In this document: positions 1 through 8,743 of the stretch, in pieces
Layout of the letters: each line of letters starts with the position of its first letter
Position numbering within the stretch: the stretch's first letter is position 1
Assembly (NCBI GenBank): GCA_046485225.1
Contig: JAWOHJ010000073.1
Coordinates: 1-48,016, forward strand
DNA: 48,016 nt
Reading direction: 5' to 3'
Origin: Lutibacter sp.
GTDB lineage: Bacteria; Bacteroidota; Bacteroidia; Flavobacteriales; Flavobacteriaceae
Notes under the pieces: generated by a model
Seen by the model: the letters and a program-made list of their open reading frames with translations, nothing else
Told to the model about the DNA's origin: nothing
Databases searched by the model: none
Position numbers and translations under genes: made by a program

Positions 1-1014
1 TATCATCGTATTTTTTGTTCCGATATTACCGGCGCTTTGGTAACTAAATCCATCGTTACAAATCAGCATAAAGCCACCGTAATTATCGTGACTGTAATTA
101 TATTGAATGGTGGTGCCTATACAATTGTAATCGGCGTCGTAACCTTGTCCGTCCCATTTTGCTTTATGCCCGCTCACTTCATTAAATTGAATTAAGGTAT
201 TGTCTGAACTCCACGGCCAAATTCCCGCAGCAGCTTCCTCGTGAGAAAGGATGTCAGGAAAATCACGAAGCACATTATTTTCAACAATGGCGCCGTCACA
301 ACCAATGGGCACAATACCATCGCCGGGGATATTTTCCAATAAATTATTGCGAATGATAACGCCAATACTGGGAAACCATTTGTCTCTTTTAGTATTTCCT
401 TTAGCGTTAATGCCATTTCTGCCACTATGATGCAGGTGATTGTTCTGAATGATTAAATCCACAAAACGTGTTGGGATTTTATCACCCGAATTTTCCCACA
501 GTATGGCGCTTCCTCCTCCGTCTTTTTTGACCAAACTGCCATTTACGTGATGAATTTCCAAACTGTCCAAAACAATATGGTTGCAATCACCAAAATTTTC
601 AGCCCTTACAATAACACCTCTTCTGTGTGCTACACGTTCGCTGCCGGTATTTGTTATTTCTAAATTTCTTACTTCCCAATATTCAACATTGTAAAGCAAA
701 AGCGTGTGCAATTTATTTCCTTCTCCGTGAATGGCCGGTTTTTTACCAATTCCATAACGATCAATCGAGATTGGTTTATCTTTTATGCCACTGCCTTTAG
801 GTTCCAGTTGGCCATAGTAAGTTGTTCCCGATTTAAACAGAATTTTATCGCCCGGCTGATAAACTGCCTGGTTTACTTTTTGTAATGAAGCCCAGGCTTT
901 GCCAGGAGATTTTCCTGAATTGGCATCATTTCCCAATTCCGAATTCACATAGTAAACACTTGATCCGCAAGAAAAAAATAGTGAAATGCATAAAATAAAT
1001 AAGATGTTTTTCAT
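1..1014 (-). CDS. Right-handed beta-helix lipoprotein, GH136 (lacto-N-biosidase LnbX)-like; 3' end runs off the window
   Basis: Hand translation from the ATG at 1014 gives 338 codons with no stop: MKNILFILCISLFFSC (lipobox), VYYVNSELGNDANSGKSPGKAWASL, ...AAGIWPWSSDNTLIQFNEVSG...WDGQGYDADYNCIGTTIQYNYSHDNYGGFMLIC. Not in the ORF track. Confidence 0.8.
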   Translation of the reverse strand, partial: MKNILFILCISLFFSCGSSVYYVNSELGNDANSGKSPGKAWASLQKVNQAVYQPGDKILFKSGTTYYGQLEPKGSGIKDKPISIDRYGIGKKPAIHGEGNKLHTLLLYNVEYWEVRNLEITNTGSERVAHRRGVIVRAENFGDCNHIVLDSLEIHHVNGSLVKKDGGGSAILWENSGDKIPTRFVDLIIQNNHLHHSGRNGINAKGNTKRDKWFPSIGVIIRNNLLENIPGDGIVPIGCDGAIVENNVLRDFPDILSHEEAAAGIWPWSSDNTLIQFNEVSGHKAKWDGQGYDADYNCIGTTIQYNYSHDNYGGFMLICNDGFSYQSAGNIGTKNTMI

Positions 1015-1043
1015 GTTAAACGGGGTGATTTAATAGGCTGAAA

Positions 1044-2462
1044 CTATTTTTTATCAGCAGGTTCTTTGTATAAAACTTGTTTATTTTCCATTAATTTTTG
1101 ATGAATATGGTGGGTGACATCCATCCAAGGTTTGGGTTCTCCCCAAAGCGGACCCATCATTTCCGATTCCCAGGTGGATAAGTTTTTTGTTAAATGATTG
1201 AAAATTGCCGAATCTTTTCGCGACAGGTCATTCATTTCCCCAATATCATCGGACAAGTCGTACATCACTGAACCGTAATTCGCGAGTTTTATCAATTTAT
1301 AATCCCCTATTCTTGTAGCTGACTCTTCTAATTTTCTCCAAAAGAGCTCTTTATGAGGATTTCCTAATTTATTTTCATTTAAGTACGGCAACAGGTTAAC
1401 GCCATCCAAAACCAAACTTTCTTCCTTTTCAATAGATGCAGCCGCTAAAGAGGTACTAAAAATATCCAAAGAAGAGCTTAATCCGTCAAATTTTTGGTTT
1501 GGTTTAATTTTAGCGGGCCAGCTCACAATAAACGGAACACGATGGCCACCTTCAAATTTATTGCCTTTCCATCCTTTTAAATTACCGTTTTTTGAACTAT
1601 TGTTATGCGCACCGCCATTGTCACTTAAAAAATAAATCAAGGTATTGTCAAGCAGGTTTAATTCTTTTAGTTTTTCACGAAGCTTGCCAACATTTTCATC
1701 CAAAGACCAGGTCATGGCCGCCAAATGCTTGCGGGGATGGTCTTTATATTTTAACAGATCGCTTTCTTTTGCTTCCATAGGTGTATGAACCGCATTATAG
1801 GCCAAATACATAAAAAACGGGTGGTCTTTATTTTCTTCAACAAAACTGACAGATCGATCACCTAAAACATCGGTTAAATAACCTGTAAACGGCACGTGTT
1901 TTCCATTTTGCTGAAGCATATGCATTGTTGAAGGATTTTCTGTGGGAAAGTATGATCGTCCTCCTGCTAAAAATCCGTAAAATTCATCAAATCCCCTTTG
2001 ATTGGGATGGTCAGTTGGTGTTCCGCCTAAATGCCATTTTCCGATGGCAATGGTTTTATAATCATTTTTCTTAAAAACATCGGCTATCGTCACTACATTA
2101 TCAGACAATCCGATATCCCCGGAATTTCCAAATCCAGTGTCGTTTGCCTCAAAACCAAAACGTTGTTGGTACTTGCCTGTGATAAGCCCAGCTCGAGAGG
2201 GTGCGCAAACTGAAGCTGTTACATGGGCATCCGTAAAAATAACGCCATCATTCGCCAACTTATCTATATTGGGTGTTTCTAAATCTTCGCTGCCCATAAA
2301 TCCGAAATCAACATAACCCGCGTCATCAACTAAAATAACAATAATGTTTGGCTTGGTTTGTTCATTTTGATTAGGGGATACTGGGAGGTTGGTTTTGGAT
2401 TTATGATTCACACATGAACCTAAAATAACAAGAAATCCATAAAGAACTATATTTTTTATCAT
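1044..2462 (-). CDS. Formylglycine-dependent (S1) sulfatase, lipoprotein
   Basis: PNIIVILVDDAG, CAPSRAGLITG (CxPxR), GKWHLG and SDNGG motifs. Start moved to ATG 2462 (MIKNIVLYGFLVILGSC); the track start at 2522 lies inside a terminator hairpin. ATG 2480 is also possible. Confidence 0.93.
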   Translation of the reverse strand: MIKNIVLYGFLVILGSCVNHKSKTNLPVSPNQNEQTKPNIIVILVDDAGYVDFGFMGSEDLETPNIDKLANDGVIFTDAHVTASVCAPSRAGLITGKYQQRFGFEANDTGFGNSGDIGLSDNVVTIADVFKKNDYKTIAIGKWHLGGTPTDHPNQRGFDEFYGFLAGGRSYFPTENPSTMHMLQQNGKHVPFTGYLTDVLGDRSVSFVEENKDHPFFMYLAYNAVHTPMEAKESDLLKYKDHPRKHLAAMTWSLDENVGKLREKLKELNLLDNTLIYFLSDNGGAHNNSSKNGNLKGWKGNKFEGGHRVPFIVSWPAKIKPNQKFDGLSSSLDIFSTSLAAASIEKEESLVLDGVNLLPYLNENKLGNPHKELFWRKLEESATRIGDYKLIKLANYGSVMYDLSDDIGEMNDLSRKDSAIFNHLTKNLSTWESEMMGPLWGEPKPWMDVTHHIHQKLMENKQVLYKEPADKK

Positions 2463-2507
2463 TAAAGCGATTCTTAACATGCTATTACAATTTTTGTATA
2501 AAATACT

Positions 2508-2558
2508 AAAAAACAGAGGCATTCTTTTGACCTATAAAGAAATAAGAATACCTCTGTT
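2508..2558 (-). terminator. Intrinsic terminator-like hairpin after the GH128 gene
   Basis: Minus strand AACAGAGGTATTCTT...AAGAATGCCTCTGTT (15-bp stem, one G-U) followed by a T-run. Confidence 0.7.
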
Positions 2559-2570
2559 GGAATTAAGTTG

Positions 2571-2616
2571 TTATTTTGCAACTTTCAATCTTTTGTTTAT
2601 AAAAGTTGCAAAATAA
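2571..2616. repeat. Perfect 15-bp inverted repeat (mRNA stem-loop)
   Basis: TTATTTTGCAACTTT (2571-2585) and AAAGTTGCAAAATAA (2602-2616), directly after the GH128 stop codon. Confidence 0.8.
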
Positions 2617-2622
2617 TTGTTA

Positions 2623-3942
2623 TTATTTTAGTTTAAGCGATACGTCATCCAAGAAAAGTGGCGGAAATCCTTGTCCTTTAAAAAACACCAATCTTATTTC
2701 GGTACAACCTGCAGGGACCGTAAAATTGTAAACGGTTTCTTGCCAAACAGTTGTTGACGGTAAAAAGTCTAACGTAAAAAGAACCGCATTTGCTGTATTA
2801 TTTCTAATGATAGGCTTAATAGATGTTGTTACTGCTTGATTCCATTTTGAAAAGAACTTTAATACATATGCTTTTCCCGGTTGCACAGCAACGTTGTATA
2901 ATAAAGAACCGTCTCCATTTTGTACTCTTCCAGAAAAATTACCGGTATGTGGTGCTGTGGTCGCTATTCCGACAGCATCATTTTTAAATCCTCCCCAAGG
3001 TAAAGTAACTCCAGTCTCAAATCCTCCATTGGTAAGCAGTTCCGACAAATCAACAGGAGGTACATATTGCGTATCCATTCCCGGGCCAATGGCTATATTT
3101 GGGCTTAATCCTGCATATGCTTCACCTACGGGTGTTAAGTTAGAATCTTCATCAAATAAAGACGAAGTAATTAAAGGCGCGTTTCTTCCATCAAACCAAG
3201 CATACCTGTGAACCCACTCAATCTCATCTAAAGCTGGTATGACTTCATTCATAAATGCAAGAACTTGTGCTTCACTGTACCTATTGGCTGCAGGTGATGC
3301 TGCAGCCCAGTCAGCAACAGCAAATTCTGTAATCCAGATAGGTCTTTTAAAGGTTTCATGGGCAACTTTCAATTTGTTGATAAAACTCATCACGTTGTCC
3401 CCACCATAATGATGCACTGCTATAAAATCTACCCTTAAACCTAAGGCGTCGGCTTTTGCCATAAAATCTTTCATCCATGCATTGTCGGGATTTACAGTTG
3501 CAGGCGATCCCAAAGGCAAGCCTATTTCTTCAAGTCTTGGCCACAAAGCGATGGCTTCATCAACGGTCATATTGGCTTGTGCAGCGCCATCAGGCTCATT
3601 AAAACCTAAAATATATTTAATTTTCCCTTCATCTTTCAGTTGTTTTATTCTGGCGATATTTTCATCAGAAACAGAACTTTTTCCCCAAAACATAGGAACA
3701 AATTCTACATTTTCTGGGATTTCTTCAGCCAGTACGTTGCCCCAACTATACATCCAATGAACGGCTAAGTCACTTGTTTTATGAGACCAGTCTTTCGTTC
3801 TGTTGGCAAAAGCGGCTCCTTTTTTATTTATTGGGTTTTCGGTTGTTTCTGATACGGGCAAGGCATCAAAATCTCCAATGATATTCTTTTCGCAGCTAGC
3901 GAACAGCAATACAGTCGCTAATAATATAAAGTAATTTTTCAT
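2623..3942 (-). CDS. GH128-family glycoside hydrolase lipoprotein with C-terminal CBM_4_9-like module
   Basis: Lipobox LFASC. WMYSWG, VEFVPMFWG, LGFNEPD (acid/base), DFIAVHHY, PIWITEFA (nucleophile), RYAWF. C-terminal LLTNGGFETG...HTGNFSG...LDDVSL. Confidence 0.88.
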   Translation of the reverse strand: MKNYFILLATVLLFASCEKNIIGDFDALPVSETTENPINKKGAAFANRTKDWSHKTSDLAVHWMYSWGNVLAEEIPENVEFVPMFWGKSSVSDENIARIKQLKDEGKIKYILGFNEPDGAAQANMTVDEAIALWPRLEEIGLPLGSPATVNPDNAWMKDFMAKADALGLRVDFIAVHHYGGDNVMSFINKLKVAHETFKRPIWITEFAVADWAAASPAANRYSEAQVLAFMNEVIPALDEIEWVHRYAWFDGRNAPLITSSLFDEDSNLTPVGEAYAGLSPNIAIGPGMDTQYVPPVDLSELLTNGGFETGVTLPWGGFKNDAVGIATTAPHTGNFSGRVQNGDGSLLYNVAVQPGKAYVLKFFSKWNQAVTTSIKPIIRNNTANAVLFTLDFLPSTTVWQETVYNFTVPAGCTEIRLVFFKGQGFPPLFLDDVSLKLK

Positions 3943-3960
3943 AATTAAGTTCTTTTTAAA

Positions 3961-5511
3961 TTATTGCCAAGCCGGGTGTTGCACCAACTTAGGGTTAACA
4001 TCTATCTCGCTTTGAGGAATAGGAAAAACTGCGGATTTAGCGCCCAAATAATTCGGAGCGTATGGACCAACCGGATCTAAATCAGCTCTTTGAAAACCTT
4101 CTTCCATTTTTCCCCAACGTTTTAAATCCATAAAACGCAAACCTTCCATAGCCAATTCAACCCTGCGCTCGTGTCTAACAATAGCGATCATTTGCGATTG
4201 GTTTACAGCACCTTCAACAGCCTCAACACTTGGCATATTCACCCTTGCTCTAACCATATTAACTAAAGCTGCTGCTCCGCTAACATCACCGGTTTCGGCC
4301 ATAGCTTCAGCACGCATCAATAATACGTCCGCATATCTTATCACATAAAAATCTTGGGAACCTTCTCCAAAAGACGCATTTCCTTCCGCATCAGGCCCTG
4401 TACGTATGTATTTTTTCTGGCCATACCCTGTTGGGCTTCCTCCGGTGGTAAATGTCCTCACCGGATTTGTATAATAAATATCTCCATTAAAATATATGGT
4501 AGCCAATGCTCTTGGATCTCTATTAAGTTTTTGATTTGATGGCGTATACAAAGGAGAGCTGGTGATAGGCTTTCCATCTGTGCAATAGAAATCTTTTACC
4601 AAGTTTGCCATAGGTCTTTGATCAATTTTTGGTGACCCGGCGTATGTTGCAGAAAATGTTTCTCCGTTATTGGTTCCGTCACCTCTTAAAAAGCGTACTG
4701 AAAACACAATTTCACGAGATTCCTCTCCAGCCTCAGAAAATAATTCTGCATAATTGGAATGTAAAGAATATCCCAAAGCCATCGCTTGGTTGGTAACATC
4801 CAACACCCCAAATTCACCATCATATTGTTTGTTGTAAAGCTGTACACGCGCCATCAAACCTAAAGCTGCGCCTTTGGTTGCATAGCCATATAAACTAGAT
4901 GGATGTGATACCGGTAAATTAGCTATAGCCAATTTTAAATCTGTGATCACTTGCGATGTAATCTCTGCATAGGTGTTTTTAGGTACAAAAGCATCAGCCA
5001 ATGTTTGAGGTTCTGTAATGAGCGGAGCGTCTTCATAGTAAACCGCTACATTAAAATACAACAACGCTCTTAAGAAATAAGCCTGCCCAAGCAATGCATC
5101 TTTGGTCTCAAGAGACACTAAATCTGTTGAAATTGTTTCAACATTTTTAATAACCGCATTTACTCTGGAAATCCCTTGATACAGGTTATTCCAATTACCC
5201 GATATCATTCCGTGGGTAGGAAGTAAGGTACCTTCCATAAATTGTCCCGGGCCTTCCCATTCATATTGATTATAGGCATTATCACTAAGGTTATCAAAAC
5301 CTGGAAATCCTTGATAAGCATTGATATGTCCACCATATAAAGCTTTGGCCTGAAGTGTGGAATATACCGCATTCAACGCCAAAAAGGCATCTGCTTCGCT
5401 GGTCCAAAAATTATTTTCGGCAATATCTGTCAGTGAAGCCTTATCTAAGAAGGAATCACTGCAATTTGTGAAAGTTATTGCAACTAAAATTGCGATGAGT
5501 ATTTTTTTCAT
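3961..5511 (-). CDS. susD: SusD/RagB glycan-binding lipoprotein
   Basis: Lipobox FTNC-SDSFLD; GQAYFLRALLYF, IRYADVLLMRAEA, ERRVELAMEGLRFMDLKRWG, FPIPQSEIDVNP. Confidence 0.97.
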   Translation of the reverse strand: MKKILIAILVAITFTNCSDSFLDKASLTDIAENNFWTSEADAFLALNAVYSTLQAKALYGGHINAYQGFPGFDNLSDNAYNQYEWEGPGQFMEGTLLPTHGMISGNWNNLYQGISRVNAVIKNVETISTDLVSLETKDALLGQAYFLRALLYFNVAVYYEDAPLITEPQTLADAFVPKNTYAEITSQVITDLKLAIANLPVSHPSSLYGYATKGAALGLMARVQLYNKQYDGEFGVLDVTNQAMALGYSLHSNYAELFSEAGEESREIVFSVRFLRGDGTNNGETFSATYAGSPKIDQRPMANLVKDFYCTDGKPITSSPLYTPSNQKLNRDPRALATIYFNGDIYYTNPVRTFTTGGSPTGYGQKKYIRTGPDAEGNASFGEGSQDFYVIRYADVLLMRAEAMAETGDVSGAAALVNMVRARVNMPSVEAVEGAVNQSQMIAIVRHERRVELAMEGLRFMDLKRWGKMEEGFQRADLDPVGPYAPNYLGAKSAVFPIPQSEIDVNPKLVQHPAWQ

Positions 5512-5515
5512 GTGA

Positions 5516-8500
5516 TTATAATTTTAAATTAATACCGAAAGTGATTGTCTTGTAAAGAGGCGCATTTCTATTGCTTTGATTTCCGCTCGCTCCTTCTGGA
5601 TCAAAATTTTCCAATCCGGTAAAAGTGAACAGGTTTTGTGCACCAACAAAAACCCTGAATTTGTTGATATTGATTTTTTTGGTAATCTCTTCAGGCAAAG
5701 AATAACCAAACTCAATATTCTTTAATCTTAAGTATGATGCGTCTTGAATATAAAATGAAGAAACGATGGCATTATTTTGACCACCAACCCTTGGTAAATT
5801 AGTGCTAGGGTTTTCTGGTGTCCATCTGTTCATCCAATAGGTTAACACATTACTTCTGTCATCAATCATTGGTAAATTACCATTTCCCATTAACAACCTG
5901 TCGACACCATTAACGCCTTGAAACAAGAAATTGAAATCAAAACCATTAAGTTCAAAAGCCCCATTGAAATTTATCAATAAATCCGGATTTGGATTACCAA
6001 TAATGGTTCTGTCATCGGCAGTAATTACGCCATCCGGAACACCGTCTGGACCTGAGATATCAGCATATCTAATATCACCAGGGGCTGTATTTGCATTTCC
6101 CAATTGTGTTGGAGCACTTGCAATTTCCGCGATAGATTGAAATATTCCAATGGCTTGGTAACCATAATAGGATCTGAACGGTTCGCCTATTCTGATAATA
6201 TTGGTGGCGGTGATGGTTTCTTCGCCACCTTCTCCTAAACCTGTTACTTCATTCTTTAAAAGTTTGGTAATATTTGCACCAACGCTAATTTTTACTTTTC
6301 CAACATTTTCTCTATAATTCACACCAAGTTCAAAACCTTCGTTAAGCATCGATGCAGCATTTTGGGCAGCAAGATTTGTAATCCCCAAAGTACTTGGTAC
6401 AGGGAAATTGGTATATAAAATATCATCACTTTTTCTGTTGAAATAATCAGCAACAATTTCTATCCTATTTTTAAGTAAGCTAACATCCAGCCCTAAGTCA
6501 TATTGTTCTGTTTGTTCCCATCGAATTGTTGGGTTTGCCAAACTGGTAACGGCTACGCCAACCACGGTAAAATCGTCTCCAAGAATATAATCTATTCCAG
6601 GATTATAAGATTGGGAAAAAATATAATTTCCAATCCTGTCATTACCGCTAATACCCCAACTTGCTCTTACTTTTAAATTGCTGATAAAGTTGCTGTTTGC
6701 CATAAAATCTTCTTCAGAAATTCTCCAACCCACAGATCCGGATGGGAAATTTCCATATTTATTATCAGGCCCAAATTTTGAAGAACCATCTCTTCTTAAA
6801 TTAAATTCTGCCAAATATTTCCCCTTGAAATTATAATTTATTCTTCCAAAAAATGATTGGTAGGCTTCTTCTGAAGCACCACCTGCAACCGCAGGATCTA
6901 GAACACCACCACCATTAAATTCCTCTAAATTATCAGTTGGAAAACCACTTAATGAGCCACTAAAATTATCATTTTTCGCATAAGAAACAGAATGTCCCAA
7001 TAAAGCGCCAATGGTGTGTTCCTCATTAAAGACCTTGTTATATCTTAAAATATTTTCATTTAACAGCGTGTATACAAAATTGGTTGAATTTCTAAGCGTA
7101 TTTACATCACTAAGTATTATAGCGTTTCCTTCCCAATCGTTTTGCAGTTGTCTTGGATTAAAATCTGACACATTGCTAAAAATAATATTGGCGCTTCCGC
7201 TAGTTTCAAATGACAAAGCCTCTGACAATTTAAATGACATTCCCAATCTTTGGCTAACATTAATATCATCACTTTCATAGTTCCCCAAATAACCTCTTCT
7301 TAAAGCATTTACTGTTTGCAGGGACGGATTTGTGTTTTGATAAGCGCCATCCACAACACCGTATTCACCGTTGCTGTAATATAACGGAATTGTTGGTGCT
7401 GTTCTTTGAAAGGAATAAATAATACCATTATCACCATCAAAAGCATTTTGACCGCCTGTTGGTCCTTCAAATCTTTTCCAAAAAGCATTGGTTACACTGC
7501 TAAGTGTAAACCAGTCTTTTAATTTTGAGTTGATGTTAAAACTCAAATTATAACGTTCTGTCTTAAATTTACTTTTTATGATAGCCTCTTGATCTAAAAA
7601 GCCTAAGGATACCCTGTAAGTTGTTTTGGCGCTACCGCCGGAAAATGATAAGTTATGGTTTATAATTGGAGCTTGTCTCAGCACTGCATCTGCCCAATTT
7701 GTATTTGCAAACTGATCAGGCAAAGAACCTGTTCTGATAGCTTCTATTTGCTCAGCTGTATAACGAGGCAAAAATGACGGTCCGTTGGTATTTCTGAATT
7801 TTTCATTCATTAAATTAGCATAATCCAATGATTCAAGAAAATCTGGATTCACCGTTACTTCCTGAACACCGTAATAACTGTTTAAGCTAATTTCAAATTT
7901 ATCTGCCGTACCGCGTCTTGTGGTTACCACAACAACACCGTTGGCCGCTCTTGCACCGTAAATAGCGCCGGCTGAAGCATCTTTTAGTACCGTAATACTT
8001 TCAATGTCTGAAGGCGCTAAATTGTTAAATGCTGTCAAATTATCGTATTGAATATTGTCTATCACTATTAAAGGTGTGCTATTGCCAAAAGTTCCAATAC
8101 CTCTAATAACAATAGAAGAGCCATCGGCACCAGGATTTCCTGAAGATTGTGTCAATTGAACTCCCGAAAATCTGCCGTAAAGCAACTGGCCCGAGTTTGA
8201 AACCGGCTGATTCACTTCATCTTTAAAAGATACCGTTGCCACCGACCCTGTTAAGTTCACCTTTTTTTGTTGGCCATACCCCACAACAACCACTTCATCC
8301 AATTGCGCAGCATCCTCATCGAGCTTCACATTATAGATTTTACCATCACCAACTGTGATTCTGTTGGTTTTAAATCCCACAAATGAAATTTCTAACACTT
8401 CGCCTTTTGAAGCATTGATAGAATACTTTCCATCAAAATCGGTAGTTGTACCCTTGTTTGTGTTTTGAATAACCACAGACGCGCCCGGCAAAGGTTGCCC

Positions 8501-8596
8501 GCTCGCATCAGTAACAGTTCCTGTAACAACATTCTGAGAAAAGGCCGCTTGCCCAATCGGAATTAAAAGGAGCAAATAAAAAATTAATACTTTCAT
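5516..8596 (-). CDS. susC: SusC/RagA TonB-dependent transporter
   Basis: N-terminal extension GTTTDFDGKYSI; LDEVVVVGYG; DIESITVLKDASAGAIYGARAANGVVVVTT; RRDGSSKFG; C-terminal FGINLKL. Confidence 0.98.
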   Translation of the reverse strand: MKVLIFYLLLLIPIGQAAFSQNVVTGTVTDASGQPLPGASVVIQNTNKGTTTDFDGKYSINASKGEVLEISFVGFKTNRITVGDGKIYNVKLDEDAAQLDEVVVVGYGQQKKVNLTGSVATVSFKDEVNQPVSNSGQLLYGRFSGVQLTQSSGNPGADGSSIVIRGIGTFGNSTPLIVIDNIQYDNLTAFNNLAPSDIESITVLKDASAGAIYGARAANGVVVVTTRRGTADKFEISLNSYYGVQEVTVNPDFLESLDYANLMNEKFRNTNGPSFLPRYTAEQIEAIRTGSLPDQFANTNWADAVLRQAPIINHNLSFSGGSAKTTYRVSLGFLDQEAIIKSKFKTERYNLSFNINSKLKDWFTLSSVTNAFWKRFEGPTGGQNAFDGDNGIIYSFQRTAPTIPLYYSNGEYGVVDGAYQNTNPSLQTVNALRRGYLGNYESDDINVSQRLGMSFKLSEALSFETSGSANIIFSNVSDFNPRQLQNDWEGNAIILSDVNTLRNSTNFVYTLLNENILRYNKVFNEEHTIGALLGHSVSYAKNDNFSGSLSGFPTDNLEEFNGGGVLDPAVAGGASEEAYQSFFGRINYNFKGKYLAEFNLRRDGSSKFGPDNKYGNFPSGSVGWRISEEDFMANSNFISNLKVRASWGISGNDRIGNYIFSQSYNPGIDYILGDDFTVVGVAVTSLANPTIRWEQTEQYDLGLDVSLLKNRIEIVADYFNRKSDDILYTNFPVPSTLGITNLAAQNAASMLNEGFELGVNYRENVGKVKISVGANITKLLKNEVTGLGEGGEETITATNIIRIGEPFRSYYGYQAIGIFQSIAEIASAPTQLGNANTAPGDIRYADISGPDGVPDGVITADDRTIIGNPNPDLLINFNGAFELNGFDFNFLFQGVNGVDRLLMGNGNLPMIDDRSNVLTYWMNRWTPENPSTNLPRVGGQNNAIVSSFYIQDASYLRLKNIEFGYSLPEEITKKININKFRVFVGAQNLFTFTGLENFDPEGASGNQSNRNAPLYKTITFGINLKL

Positions 8597-8656
8597 AATT
8601 TGGTTTGATATTAGTTAAGAATATTAGAAGTTGCCATTTACAACCTATAAGTTTTA

Positions 8657-8725
8657 CAAATATCAAACGTTTGCGTAAGAAAAAACAGGTTAAATAAATC
8701 AATAAAGGGTATAAATTAATCAATA
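8657..8725 (-). promoter_or_regulatory. susC promoter: two 21-bp direct repeats (putative HTCS site) plus -7 box
   Basis: Minus strand TATTGATTAATTTATACCCTT (8725-8705), TATTGATTTATTTAACCTGTT (8704-8684), 19 nt, GATATTTG (8664-8657; one mismatch to TAnnTTTG). Confidence 0.75.
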
Positions 8726-8743
8726 TAGACTTGCAACATAAAG

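Noticed and set aside
192-425. 77-aa minus-strand ORF in the track
   Set aside because: Out-of-frame shadow inside the real beta-helix gene at 1-1014.
8508-8723. 71-aa ORF upstream of and overlapping susC as a possible leader peptide
   Set aside because: Its start lies within the direct-repeat site, upstream of the predicted -7 box, so it would not be on the susC transcript.
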